64,000 bases of DNA from Candidatus Sumerlaeales bacterium. GTDB taxonomy: Bacteria > Sumerlaeota > Sumerlaeia > Sumerlaeales > Sumerlaeaceae. The notes beneath the pieces are model-generated. The model ran no database searches and had not been told where the DNA came from. It saw nothing but the letters and a program-made list of their open reading frames with translations. How positions within the stretch are numbered: the stretch's first letter is position 1; each line of letters opens with the position of its first letter. The DNA is taken from the NCBI GenBank assembly GCA_038243585.1, contig JBBSQY010000012.1:1-64000 (forward strand), given 5' to 3'. The position numbers were made by a program, and so were the translations under genes. Of this stretch, positions 1 to 9,379 are shown piece by piece.

Positions 1-980
1 AAAAAGTTGCTGAGGATCTCGTAGAATTCGATGGCGCGGTCGTTCTTTTGCGGGCCTTCGTTCAGGCAGAGGCCCATGGCTACGCGCATCCAGAAGATCT
101 GGGGCAGCTCTGTGCGGCGGCCGTCGTGCTGGATGAAGTAGCGGTCGTAGAGGGTCTGGAGGCCGAGGTAGGCGAACTTGAGATCGCGCTGGGGCTGGAG
201 GGCGGCGGAGAGGCGGCGGGTGTCGAATTCGAGCATGCGGGGGTCGAGCAGTTCGTTGTCGACGGCGAACTGGAGGCAGCGGGGGAAGTATTCGGCGTAC
301 ATGGCGCCGGCGTCGCGCAGGGCGACGTTGTGGCCGACGGCTTCGGCGTAAAGATTATGGAGGAGGAGACGGGCGGAGACGTAGGTGTAGTCGGGCTCCT
401 TTTCGATGCGGGCGCGGGCGGCGAGGATCATGGCCTGGCTGAGTTCGGCGGCGGGCATGCCGTCGTAGAGCTGGACGATGGTGGCGTCGAGGAGGGCTTT
501 ATGGTCGGCGTTGAGGCCGTCGCAGGAGTCTCCAATGCGGGCGGCCAGTTCGGCGCGGTCCAGCTCGATGCGGGTGCCGTCTTCCTGCACGATGGCCATG
601 CCGGTGGCGCGGCGGCGCTGGGCGTGGCTCTCGCGGTAGAGGACGTAGCGGCGGGCGATCTTTTGTTCGCCGGCGGTCATGAGGGCGCGTTCGACTTCGT
701 CCTGGATCTGTTCGACGGTGGGGGCGACGCCGCGCTCTTTCGCCCAGCGAACAACGGCCTGGGTGAGGGCGGCGACGGTGCCGGCGGCCTGGCTGGGCAG
801 GACGGCGGGAGATTCTACGCCGTGTTCGGCTTTGAACGCTTTTTCGATGGCGACGCGGATGCGTTCGCCGTCGAACGGTACAATATCTCCATTGCGCTTG
901 CGCACCTGCAAGGCGGCGGGGCCATCGGGATTGGGGGTGACGGACTGTTTTGTATCTGGTGAGAGATTTGTCGCGGACAT
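1..980 (-). CDS. nrdA: Ribonucleoside-diphosphate reductase alpha subunit with N-terminal ATP-cone domains, 3' end beyond the window
   Basis: Not in the ORF track; translated by hand from ATG at 980: MSATNLSPDTKQ...LQVRKRNGDIVPFDGERIRVAIEKAFKAE (ATP cone), a second cone-like segment ending IEKEPDYTYVSARLLL, and ELPQIFWMRVAMGLCLNEGPQKNDRAIEFYEILSNF at the window edge, typical of class I NrdA. Confidence 0.93.
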   Translation of the reverse strand, partial: MSATNLSPDTKQSVTPNPDGPAALQVRKRNGDIVPFDGERIRVAIEKAFKAEHGVESPAVLPSQAAGTVAALTQAVVRWAKERGVAPTVEQIQDEVERALMTAGEQKIARRYVLYRESHAQRRRATGMAIVQEDGTRIELDRAELAARIGDSCDGLNADHKALLDATIVQLYDGMPAAELSQAMILAARARIEKEPDYTYVSARLLLHNLYAEAVGHNVALRDAGAMYAEYFPRCLQFAVDNELLDPRMLEFDTRRLSAALQPQRDLKFAYLGLQTLYDRYFIQHDGRRTELPQIFWMRVAMGLCLNEGPQKNDRAIEFYEILSNF

Positions 981-1239
981 TTTGTGTGGAATCCTTGTTA
1001 TGGTCTTTTTTTTCTATATACTAATCGGAACCTAAATGGTTCCTTAAACTTTTTGTGCGGGGAAAAGATGCGGGTTACGCGCCCTTTCCGTTTGATTCTC
1101 TTTCTGTTATGCGTCTTTGCAAATTGCGCTTGGTTTTTTCGCCCAATGCCGTCCTGGATTCGCGAGTCCAGAGCGGCAGCTGGTCCGAGCAACTTACCAA
1201 GAAAGGAACCACAATCAGTTATTGGATGTAAACCAGAAA

Positions 1240-1255
1240 CTACCACATATTGATT
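1240..1255. promoter_or_regulatory. Candidate NrdR box
   Basis: ctaCCACATATTGatt resembles the NrdR consensus acaCwAtATaTwGtgt and lies about 260 bp upstream of nrdA. Only one box is recognisable; NrdR boxes are usually paired. Confidence 0.5.
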
Positions 1256-1498
1256 ATTTAGTGTGCAAAAAACGCAAGCCCTTGTATTTACAGGGGTTTC
1301 GGGGGGTCGTGGGATTTTTGTCAACACGAGGGTGTGTACGGGCCTAAATCTCGATGAATATGGACGGGAGCGGTCGTCTGGCGGCCAGTCTCAATCGTAT
1401 CGGTTTTGATTAGTTCGCCTGTGCCGGTTGTTGTTGGTTTCGGTCGGTGATGACTTCCACTGTCCCATATGCCAATAATCTTCTGGAGACACCGAACC

Positions 1499-2467
1499 AT
1501 GAACCTTTTGGGTCAATTGAAAACCTGCGTGATGCTGACTGTTGGACTGGGGCTGGCCGGTTGTCAGTCTGAAAACCCCATGGATTATCTGCCGCAGTCG
1601 TCTGGCGGATATGTGGGGATTAACATGACTGCCATGCGAAAAAGCGCCGGCCTGAAGCGGCTGACGGACGAGATGGAAAAGATGCAGGCGGGAACCACGG
1701 ATTTTACGTCGGATAAGGCGCAGAAAGTTTACCTGGCGTTTGACGCTCCCAAGGATGCTGGCACGGCCCCGCCCATTTATGGCATGGCTCTTGGCGCGCC
1801 TGGTTTCGCGGCTGAAGTGGTGGAGCGCTATAAGGCGAATGGCGCAACGGAAGTGAAAACGGCGTCGCATTCGACTTATACGAGCGGAGGCGTATCGGTG
1901 GCCCCGATTGGCGATTCGGGCATATTGGTGTTTCAAAATGCGGGGATGCTGGAAAGAATGGTGGCCGTGAGCAAAAAGAAGGAGCCGGGAGCCCGGGCGT
2001 CGAGTGTGTTTGCTTATGTGGACAGTATGCTGAACGATCACGCTTTTGTGACGGCGGGAAATGCGCAGCCGCTGATTACCATGGCCGCTCCCCTGCTGGC
2101 GACGCTGGAGGGCCGGGAGCCTAAAGCCGTCGCGGCGGTGAAGGAGGTGTCGATGGTTTCGATGGCGTTTAACTGGGACGCGCGGCCGGCAATCGAGCTG
2201 ATGCTGCACCTGTCGGACAAAGCGCTTGCGGACGATCTGGCGGCGACGATTAACACTTACCTGACCATGGCGAAATACGCGCCGATGATCGCAAATAACC
2301 CGGACGTTGAAAAGGTGCTGACGCCGCTGAAGGCGACGACGGGGGAAGATGGCGTGAAGCTGCTGGTGGAGATTCCGGCGGATGTGGCTGACCGGTTGTT
2401 TGACCAGCTGGGAAATATGCCGGCGGGCGCGAAGAGTAACCCGGCAAGTCTTATGCACCGGGAGTAA
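1499..2467 (+). CDS. Lipoprotein of unknown function
   Basis: ATG at 1499 follows GGAGA; the N-terminus MNLLGQLKTCVMLTVGLGLAGC ends in a lipobox (LAG-C). Confidence 0.8.
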   Translation: MNLLGQLKTCVMLTVGLGLAGCQSENPMDYLPQSSGGYVGINMTAMRKSAGLKRLTDEMEKMQAGTTDFTSDKAQKVYLAFDAPKDAGTAPPIYGMALGAPGFAAEVVERYKANGATEVKTASHSTYTSGGVSVAPIGDSGILVFQNAGMLERMVAVSKKKEPGARASSVFAYVDSMLNDHAFVTAGNAQPLITMAAPLLATLEGREPKAVAAVKEVSMVSMAFNWDARPAIELMLHLSDKALADDLAATINTYLTMAKYAPMIANNPDVEKVLTPLKATTGEDGVKLLVEIPADVADRLFDQLGNMPAGAKSNPASLMHRE

Positions 2468-2669
2468 TGGGACGCCTGCGAGATTGCCTGGTTGGAGGTT
2501 ATTACATTACGGGTGCGACATGCTCGACCATGTAGTCACGCTTCTTCGGATGGCAGAGAATTGCTTCGCCAGATTTAGGGTGCTGGAGCTGTCCGCAGAA
2601 TCGGCTCAGGTTCAACTTCAAGTTCCTAGCGCGTTTTTGTATCTTAGAATAGTTCCCTAACCTGTTCCT

Positions 2670-3068
2670 TCAATTGCAGTCGTAGTCGCGCTGGTGAAAT
2701 TTTTGCAAGATAGGGGCGTCGGGGTGGCGCTTGTAGCGGGCGGGTTCGGGTTCTTCGGGCAGTTGGACCTGCGCGAGCTGTTCGGGCTGATATAGCTGGG
2801 GCGGATCAGGGTGGTAGGACCGGTCGGACTTGTCGTCGACGTACTCTTCGGCCTAGTCGGCTTCCCAGTTGATCAGGTCCTCGGCTTCGATTTCACCGGT
2901 CCGCCAGTCGGGTCTGACGTCATGCACCCATCCTTTTATCGGGTTGTCTATGATGTCGTTTTCGTCCCAGGCGGCGACGGGGACGTATGGATCGGAAGGA
3001 GCGGGATTTTTTCCCCAGAGCATTTTTGGTCCTGCACTGCTGATATTTTTAGTGTTATCTGTTATCAT
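2670..3068 (-). pseudogene. Acidic, Pro-rich hypothetical protein interrupted by in-frame TAG at 2853-2855
   Basis: AAGGAG SD precedes ATG 3068. After ...LINWEAD* the same frame stays open for 60 more codons (AEEYVDDKSDRSYHPDPPQLYQPEQ...RDYDCN*, TGA at 2670-2672) with similar composition. Confidence 0.55.
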
Positions 3069-3265
3069 TTTTTTACGTCTCCTTAGGAATTATGGGTGCA
3101 GATAAGGAGACTTTGGGGGTGGGAGTATGGGCGCGGAACGACCAAACAATTCCCGAACCCAGTCCATTAATTTAAATTACACAAAGGCAGGAGGAGTAAG
3201 AAATTGTAATTAATTGTATTTACTGAGTTGCTGACGAGGCAGTGTTCCATATATGTACTTAAAAA

Positions 3266-5116
3266 TCACTGACCAATAACCGCATTGCCCAAATAGCTTT
3301 TTATTGTCATGGGTTCGGTAATATTATGCGCACCTGGCGTTGATGGACGATTTCCGCGTAACATAAGAATTGTGCCGCCGCGAGGTCTCATTGATATGTA
3401 TCCGTCATTAAATGTGTTGTATGGATTTATAATACTTCCATTTTCTGGGCCGGTATATGTCGTATCTACATAAATACTGCCTAATGCCTCAATCGCCCGG
3501 CTAAGGTTGACTCTACCAGTTGTTCGATTGGCTTTAGGATCATGAATACCGTCGGCAGTCTGCCTTAGGAGGGGTTCCAGTGTATGAGGCGCTCCGTATC
3601 GTCCGATTCTCACCCGTTCCGCATGTTGCAGGCACGCCGCCGCTCCTGCTACGTATGGGCATGCGGCGGAAGTTCCACCAAAATTGGTAACAAAATTTCC
3701 AGAATTATTTCCACCTGCACCTATCGTATCACATGTATACGCGTTGTTAGAAGAACCCAGCAAAGACAACTTAGGCGAGGAATTGGAATAAGCTGTCACT
3801 TTATCCATAATAGCGTCCTCAAAGAAAGCGCGTCCGCTTCCACAACTCGAAGATACGTGGGAGAGGCAGGATCCGGAATTTACGCACCAACCAAGTGTTC
3901 CTAAATTTGCCTCATATACGGCACCAACCGCCACTACGTTTGCGTTGCAAGCGGGGCTTCCCATAGAATTACAGAATCCATCATTACCTGAAGATGCAAA
4001 AATAGTTATGTTGGCGGCATTACAGGCCGCTGCTATAGCGGTGTAATTACCAGTGTTGCACGTATTAGTATAATTGCCGCCGCCAAAACTAGTACTGATA
4101 ATCATAATCGGGTTATTCGGGTCTTTCTGCTGGTTCCGAAGACACCAATCCCAAGCGGCTTCTATAGTACCGGCGGCGGAAGATTGATTGGGGTCCGAAT
4201 TTTTAGTAAGTTTTAAAGCGTAAATTCGTGCAGCGTGCGCAACCCCACCAATATAATCTCCCACCGAACCTTCAGGCGGAATATCCCCCGCTGCTATTCC
4301 GGCACATGCCGTGCCGTGGTTCGCGGAAGAATGGTCTGGAGGAAGTGGATTAGTGTCTCCATCCCCATAGTCGTACCCGCCAATTACCTTTCCATTAGGG
4401 AATCCGCCGTTTCCAAGGTTTGGGTGGCGGTAGTCGACCCCTGTGTCTACAATTGCTATTGCAAGCCCCGAGCCATTGAACTCAGATCGTGTTTGCCCCG
4501 CCTGAATCAAAGGTATGCCTTGCCTGGTGTGTGGGATGACAATTTCGTCTGGAGAAATTGCCACTACATCAGGATCATTTTGCAAGAGTTGCAGTCCTTC
4601 AAAAGTGACATCAGCCGAAAAGCCAGGCACTGTCGTATATTTATGCTTGACTTTAATGATACCTGATAAGTTTCGGGCCAGCGCTTGTTCAACCTTTGTT
4701 TCATTGGTTTGTACCAATGATTTCACCGAAGCGGGTTCGGTGTACACTGTTGTCAATTGTTTCGATTCAAATGCGAGTCTCACGATTACGGCCGTTACGG
4801 AAGTGCCTTCGCTGAACGGTTCCAGTATTTCGACATCGCTGTAAAGCTTATTGATAGGTGGTGGTGGAATCTCCAAAAAGGCCTTGTTGGCGACTGGAAT
4901 GGAAGTTAAATCAAGCTGGGATGGAAGCATCGGATTTTGTGCAAGTGCAGTGGTGGAATAATCAGCAAGCGAAAGCATTGGAATTTGTGTTAGTGTGGTA
5001 GTGGCCCCGCACACCAGCGGTAGAAGGATAAGCCCAACTGTCAGGAGCGGACGGATTTTTGGGTGTTCGAGAGCCGCTTTGAAGGGATTACTCGCTAAAA
5101 TTTTATATACTGTCAC
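3266..5116 (-). CDS. Secreted subtilisin-like serine protease (S8) with propeptide and a short C-terminal module
   Basis: Catalytic motifs IVDTG, NHGTACAG, ASSGND and GGTSAACP; hydrophobic N-terminus; start codon overlaps the stop of the upstream fibre gene. Confidence 0.93.
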   Translation of the reverse strand: MTVYKILASNPFKAALEHPKIRPLLTVGLILLPLVCGATTTLTQIPMLSLADYSTTALAQNPMLPSQLDLTSIPVANKAFLEIPPPPINKLYSDVEILEPFSEGTSVTAVIVRLAFESKQLTTVYTEPASVKSLVQTNETKVEQALARNLSGIIKVKHKYTTVPGFSADVTFEGLQLLQNDPDVVAISPDEIVIPHTRQGIPLIQAGQTRSEFNGSGLAIAIVDTGVDYRHPNLGNGGFPNGKVIGGYDYGDGDTNPLPPDHSSANHGTACAGIAAGDIPPEGSVGDYIGGVAHAARIYALKLTKNSDPNQSSAAGTIEAAWDWCLRNQQKDPNNPIMIISTSFGGGNYTNTCNTGNYTAIAAACNAANITIFASSGNDGFCNSMGSPACNANVVAVGAVYEANLGTLGWCVNSGSCLSHVSSSCGSGRAFFEDAIMDKVTAYSNSSPKLSLLGSSNNAYTCDTIGAGGNNSGNFVTNFGGTSAACPYVAGAAACLQHAERVRIGRYGAPHTLEPLLRQTADGIHDPKANRTTGRVNLSRAIEALGSIYVDTTYTGPENGSIINPYNTFNDGYISMRPRGGTILMLRGNRPSTPGAHNITEPMTIKSYLGNAVIGQ

Positions 5117-6450
5117 TGTAGGTTCACCAACACTAGGACTAGGCCTGTTCCTTCTTTAAGTTCTGTCATGGCTTTGCCGATGACTGCTCCGTGAGAAATT
5201 TCTGTGTCTGTCGCTTTCATGGCGTGACCGGCAGTGTTGGAGGTGGTAAGTAGATCGCCAGGCGCTATTGATCCATTTTCAGCACTTACCTTTGCGTACA
5301 CCCGTCCGGCCATGGCGATCAGGTTGTTGCCGTCGGCCACGCCGTCTTGAGTGAGCTTAAGGCCCGGCCGTACGCCGCCAGCGCCGCTGATGATGCCGGC
5401 GACTTTGCGGTCGTAGGCGGTGGCGCTGGGTTTTACGTTGCCGGGATTGGCTTCGTCGATCACCATAACCGTTCCTGGTTCGGCGGAGGAGCCGTCGGTC
5501 TGATCGAAGCCCTCGGCGACGTCCGCGCCGCGAACTTCGACTACGGAAGCAGAGAGACTGTGACTAAAATACGCACCACCTAAGGCACGCACATTAAACG
5601 TCCCGACTCCTCTTGAATGGAACTCTACATCATTCTCGGTGTCAACATATCCATTAAAAACGAAGGAGCCGGCATGGTCAGCTTTTGCTTTTCTTCCAGC
5701 AGCAAAGGACGCTATTCCGCCGGCTCGATTAAACGCTCCGCCAGGAATAGTGGCTTGATAGCCATCGGCATTATTATCGGCTCCACCTCCTACAACTCCC
5801 GTAGTATTCGGCCCACTTCCAACATTATTAGAACTGCCACCACCAATTACACCTCGGTTGGTATAAACATGATTATCAACTCCACCCGCTATTACTGCCC
5901 CGAAGATATCTGGAGCAATCTGGTTGCTTGCCGCACCGCCAATAATATTAGGGCCTAATGGGTTACGCTCAATACGCAATCCTCCACTAAGCCCCTCGGC
6001 CATTACCGCCATGGGCACTGCCTGAACCTGCGTGTGGGGCAGTAGAACGTTGTCTTCTACGCCACCGGCGACGGAGAGGTAGACGGACATGCCCGCTGGT
6101 GCGTTGTAATCCGCCGGTTCCAAGGTCTGCCCGGCGGCGGGTGTGCCTGTGCCGACGGCGTGGTTGACTACTCCGTCGGGTGACAGGACAACTTCGGCAG
6201 TTTCGGCGTAGACGATTGTGCCGGGGTCTGTGGGGGTGGTTTTGTGGAGTATCTTGAACCACATGGTTTGGTTGCCGGAAAGCGGCGCGCCGGTAGGGGT
6301 GAAGGCTTTGCCTTGGTAGTTGAAGGTTAAGGGGACGTCGGCAAATGCTGAAGGTGCGCCGAAGATTGTGGCGGCTAGAAGAGCATACATCGCCGGCCTT
6401 GCCATAATACCAGGCGCAAACGGCCTGGCGGAAATCATTAGTTGTGTCAT
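5113..6450 (-). CDS. Secreted fibre/spike-like protein, paralog A (FNYQG N-domain, Gly/Asn repeats, GADVAE-type C-terminal domain)
   Basis: Signal peptide ending AFA; PLTFNYQGKAF N-domain; GGxxN repeats; C-domain GADVAEGF...IAMAGRVYAK...PGDLLTTS...VIGKAM...LVNLQ resembling the peptidase G2 intramolecular chaperone of phage tailspikes. Confidence 0.8.
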   Translation of the reverse strand: MTQLMISARPFAPGIMARPAMYALLAATIFGAPSAFADVPLTFNYQGKAFTPTGAPLSGNQTMWFKILHKTTPTDPGTIVYAETAEVVLSPDGVVNHAVGTGTPAAGQTLEPADYNAPAGMSVYLSVAGGVEDNVLLPHTQVQAVPMAVMAEGLSGGLRIERNPLGPNIIGGAASNQIAPDIFGAVIAGGVDNHVYTNRGVIGGGSSNNVGSGPNTTGVVGGGADNNADGYQATIPGGAFNRAGGIASFAAGRKAKADHAGSFVFNGYVDTENDVEFHSRGVGTFNVRALGGAYFSHSLSASVVEVRGADVAEGFDQTDGSSAEPGTVMVIDEANPGNVKPSATAYDRKVAGIISGAGGVRPGLKLTQDGVADGNNLIAMAGRVYAKVSAENGSIAPGDLLTTSNTAGHAMKATDTEISHGAVIGKAMTELKEGTGLVLVLVNLQ

Positions 6451-7727
6451 TGCAGGTTCACCAGCACCAGGACGAGGCCTGTTCCTTCTTTGAGTTCTGT
6501 CATGGCTTTTCCTAAAATAACGCCGCGTTCCGGGCCGGTGTCGTCGGCGCGCATGGCGTGACCTGCGGTGTTGGATGTGGTGAGGAGATCGCCGGGAGTG
6601 ATCACGCCGTTTTCGGCGCTGGCTTTGGCGTAAACGCGTCCGGCCATGGCGATTAGATTGTTACCGTCGGCCACGCCTTCCTGAGTTAGCTTGAGGCCGG
6701 GTCTCACGCCGCCCGCGCCGCTGATTACGCCGGCGACCTTGCGGTCGTAGGCGATGGCGCTGGGTTTTACGTCGCCGGGATTGGCTTCGTCGATGACCAT
6801 TACAGTGCCGGGTTCGGCGGCGGAGCCGTCGGTCTGATCGAAGCCCTCGGCGACGTCCGCGCCACGGACTTCGATCAGACTGGCAGACAGCTTACCATTT
6901 CCTTGAACAGCAACTTGGCCATTATTAAAAATTTCAAGACCTTGTGTGACATTTCCATTTTCATCTGTTACTGTCCCAAATCGAATACCACCGGGCGCTT
7001 TTACATTAAATGAACCAGCAATCGGTGGCGGTTGGTAATAATCTTGGTTATCACTAATCCAACTGCTCCATACGAAACATCCATTGGCGTTGGGACTACT
7101 TGCGCGAAAACCAGCGGGAAGTGAATGGTTACCTGTCGCATTGTTGTAGGAGCCTCCTGGGACAAACGAAAAATTTCCTGATGCAATGTTTTGATTACCG
7201 CCTAGAGACGCGGAATAAGCGCCGGTTGCCTGATTATTAGTTCCCAATGCGAACTTTTCCCCACCCAAAGTTTTCGCTATAACCGCCATGGGCACTGCCT
7301 GAATCGGCGTATGGGGCAGCAGAACATTTTCTTCTATGCCTCCGGCGACAGAAAGGTGGATGGTTGTTCCTGTGGGGGCGTTAAAATCCGCCGTTTCCAG
7401 TGACTGCCCGGCGGCGGGTGTGCCTGTGCCGACGGCGTGGTTTACTACTCCGTCGGGTGACAGGACAACTTCGGCAGTTTCGGCGTAGACGACTATACCG
7501 ACGTCGGTGGGGGTGGTCTTGTGGATTATCTTGAACCACATAGTTTGGTTTCCAGAAAGCGGTGCGCCGGTTGGGGTAAAGGCTTTGCCCTGGTAGTTAA
7601 AGGTCAGCGGGACTTCGGCAAACGCGGAGGGTGCGCCGAAGATTGTGGCGGCTAGAAGGGCATACATCGCCGGCCTTGCCATAATATTTGGCGTGAACGG
7701 CTTGGCAGAAATCATTAGTTGTTTCAT
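6447..7727 (-). CDS. Secreted fibre/spike-like protein, paralog B
   Basis: Signal peptide, N-domain and C-domain near-identical to paralog A; different central region (ALGTNNQATGAYSASLGGNQNIASG...); ATGA overlap at both ends. Confidence 0.8.
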   Translation of the reverse strand: MKQLMISAKPFTPNIMARPAMYALLAATIFGAPSAFAEVPLTFNYQGKAFTPTGAPLSGNQTMWFKIIHKTTPTDVGIVVYAETAEVVLSPDGVVNHAVGTGTPAAGQSLETADFNAPTGTTIHLSVAGGIEENVLLPHTPIQAVPMAVIAKTLGGEKFALGTNNQATGAYSASLGGNQNIASGNFSFVPGGSYNNATGNHSLPAGFRASSPNANGCFVWSSWISDNQDYYQPPPIAGSFNVKAPGGIRFGTVTDENGNVTQGLEIFNNGQVAVQGNGKLSASLIEVRGADVAEGFDQTDGSAAEPGTVMVIDEANPGDVKPSAIAYDRKVAGVISGAGGVRPGLKLTQEGVADGNNLIAMAGRVYAKASAENGVITPGDLLTTSNTAGHAMRADDTGPERGVILGKAMTELKEGTGLVLVLVNLQ

Positions 7728-9172
7728 TGCAGGTTCACCAGTACCAGGACGAGGCCTGTTCCTTCTTTGAGTTCTGTCATAGCTTTGCCGATAACTGCGC
7801 CGTGGGAAATTTCTTTGTCGGAGGCTTTCATGGCGTGGCCGGGGGTGTCAGCGGTGGTTAAAAGATCGCCTGGGGTGACGGGGCCGTTTTCGGCACTGAC
7901 CTTGGCGTATACCCGGCCGGCCATGGCGATCAGGTTGTTTCCGTCGGCCACGCCGTCTTGAGTGAGCTTGAGGCCCGGCCTTACGCCGCCCGCGCCGCTG
8001 ATGATGCCGGCGACTTTACAATCGTAGGCGGTTGCGCTGGGTTTGACGTCGCCGGGATTTGCTTCGTCTATCACCATAACCGTTCCAGGTTCGGCGGAGG
8101 AGCCGTCGGTCTGGTCGAAGCCCTCGGCGACATCCGCGCCGCGGACTTCTATTGTTTTTGCGGAGAGAAGATCAGATACAAAGACAGGGCCGTCAAATGA
8201 TCCAGCTCTGAAATCCGATCTTGCGTATATACCGACTGCACCATTAGTTCCAATGCCTACCACCCCTGCGTGATTTACAGCACTAGTGTATCCTCCAATT
8301 GCGTCATTGTTAGTGCTTTCGCTACGTATTTCAGGGGATTGTATAGAAGTAGCATAGATAGGCCCATCAAATGCACCAGCTCTTCCAGTATCGGATCTAC
8401 CATAAATTCCCACGCCACCGTTAGTACCTATGCCTGTTATGCCTGAGTGATTTGCAGTTGTACTGTATCCTGCAATTGAATCAGCGACTGGGCTACTTGC
8501 TCTTATTGTGCCCGCTGCCAAGCTATCCAACTTTAGACTGTTGGTTGTAATAGTAGTAGCCAGCACAGCCACGGGTACTGCGTGAATTTGCGTGTGAGGC
8601 AGCAGAACGTTTTCTTCTACACCTCCGGCGACGGAGAGGTGGATGGTTGTGCCTGCTGGGGCGTTATAGTCTGCCACTTCCAGTGTTTGTCCGGCGGCGG
8701 GTGTGCCTGTACCGACGGCGTGGTTGACTATTCCGTCGGGTGACAGGACAACTTCGGCGGTTTCGGCGTAGACGACTGTGCCGGCGTCTGTGGGAGTGGT
8801 TTTGTGGAGTATCTTGAACCACATGGTTTGGTTGCCGGACAGCGGCGCACCGGTGGGGGTGAAGGCTTTTCCCTGATAGTTGAAGGTGAGGGGGACGTCG
8901 GCGCGGACGGCGGTGGGAGCGAGAAGTAAAATGGAGGCGGCTGTTAAGTAATGTGTCGCCTGTATGACAGTGTAGCTCTTGGGAGCGCCGGCATCCCGTC
9001 GGCTTAGGCTCCGCATGACAGCCGCTCTGCTTGCGCCGGAGAGACTTGCGACTGGAATTTCATTCATTTTCGCGGTGTCTGACTGTGCGCCTGGGATTAG
9101 ACCGCCGGGATGCCGGAGCTCCCAGGAAATGCCGCTGGCTTGGGTTTTTGTTGAACTTTTAAATGGTGTCAT
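7724..9172 (-). CDS. Secreted fibre/spike-like protein, paralog C (start codon uncertain)
   Basis: Same N- and C-domains; the centre is two ~52-aa repeats (GIGTNGGVGIYGRSDTGRAGAFDGP / GIGTNGAVGIYARSDFRAGSFDGP). An atypical ~70-aa extension precedes the signal-like segment. Confidence 0.78.
   Translation of the reverse strand: MTPFKSSTKTQASGISWELRHPGGLIPGAQSDTAKMNEIPVASLSGASRAAVMRSLSRRDAGAPKSYTVIQATHYLTAASILLLAPTAVRADVPLTFNYQGKAFTPTGAPLSGNQTMWFKILHKTTPTDAGTVVYAETAEVVLSPDGIVNHAVGTGTPAAGQTLEVADYNAPAGTTIHLSVAGGVEENVLLPHTQIHAVPVAVLATTITTNSLKLDSLAAGTIRASSPVADSIAGYSTTANHSGITGIGTNGGVGIYGRSDTGRAGAFDGPIYATSIQSPEIRSESTNNDAIGGYTSAVNHAGVVGIGTNGAVGIYARSDFRAGSFDGPVFVSDLLSAKTIEVRGADVAEGFDQTDGSSAEPGTVMVIDEANPGDVKPSATAYDCKVAGIISGAGGVRPGLKLTQDGVADGNNLIAMAGRVYAKVSAENGPVTPGDLLTTADTPGHAMKASDKEISHGAVIGKAMTELKEGTGLVLVLVNLQ
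8978..9126. repeat. 25-bp imperfect inverted repeat pair (REP doublet or MITE-like)
   Basis: cttgggagcgccggcatcccgtcgg (8978-9002) versus the reverse complement of 9102-9126, cctgggagctccggcatcccggcgg: 22/25 identical. Confidence 0.8.
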
Positions 9173-9210
9173 TGCAGGTTTACCGGCTCCAAAGCTAGGC
9201 CTGTGCTTTC
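9169..9210 (-). pseudogene. Relic 3' end of a fourth fibre paralog
   Basis: Reads ESTGLALEPVNLQ* versus EGTGLVLVLVNLQ* in paralogs A-C, with the same ctgcaATGA stop/start junction; an in-frame TAA lies immediately upstream. Confidence 0.7.
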
Positions 9211-9267
9211 TTAGGGTTTTGTATTGCGATGATAGCTTGATGTGACATCGGTTGAGTCTTTAATGGG

Positions 9268-9314
9268 AAAGCGGTATCTGAACGGGTAACCCCGTCCTGC
9301 TACCGCACTCCAAA
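9268..9314. repeat. REP-like hairpin, AAGCGGT...ACCGCACTCCA family
   Basis: aaagcggta...taccgcactccaaa; a related copy aaggcggtgatgaatcaccgcactcca lies at about 11966-11992. Confidence 0.55.
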
Positions 9315-9379
9315 TTTGCTGGCTGTGGTTGCCGGGTTGGTTATTGTTATTAAGGCGTTCATTTGTGAATTTATTATGC

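Noticed and set aside
48..962. 304-aa plus-strand ORF
   Set aside because: Antisense shadow of nrdA, which has recognisable motifs on the minus strand.
1400..1470. Fluoride riboswitch-like 3' motif (ggtgatgacttccac)
   Set aside because: The 5' GGxGATGG..TTCxCC..AACCGC part is missing and the downstream gene is unrelated.
5113..9172. Prophage tail genes, diversity-generating retroelement or shufflon
   Set aside because: The proteins have signal peptides, there are no phage, reverse transcriptase or invertase genes, and differences are not adenine-specific or bounded by inversion sites.
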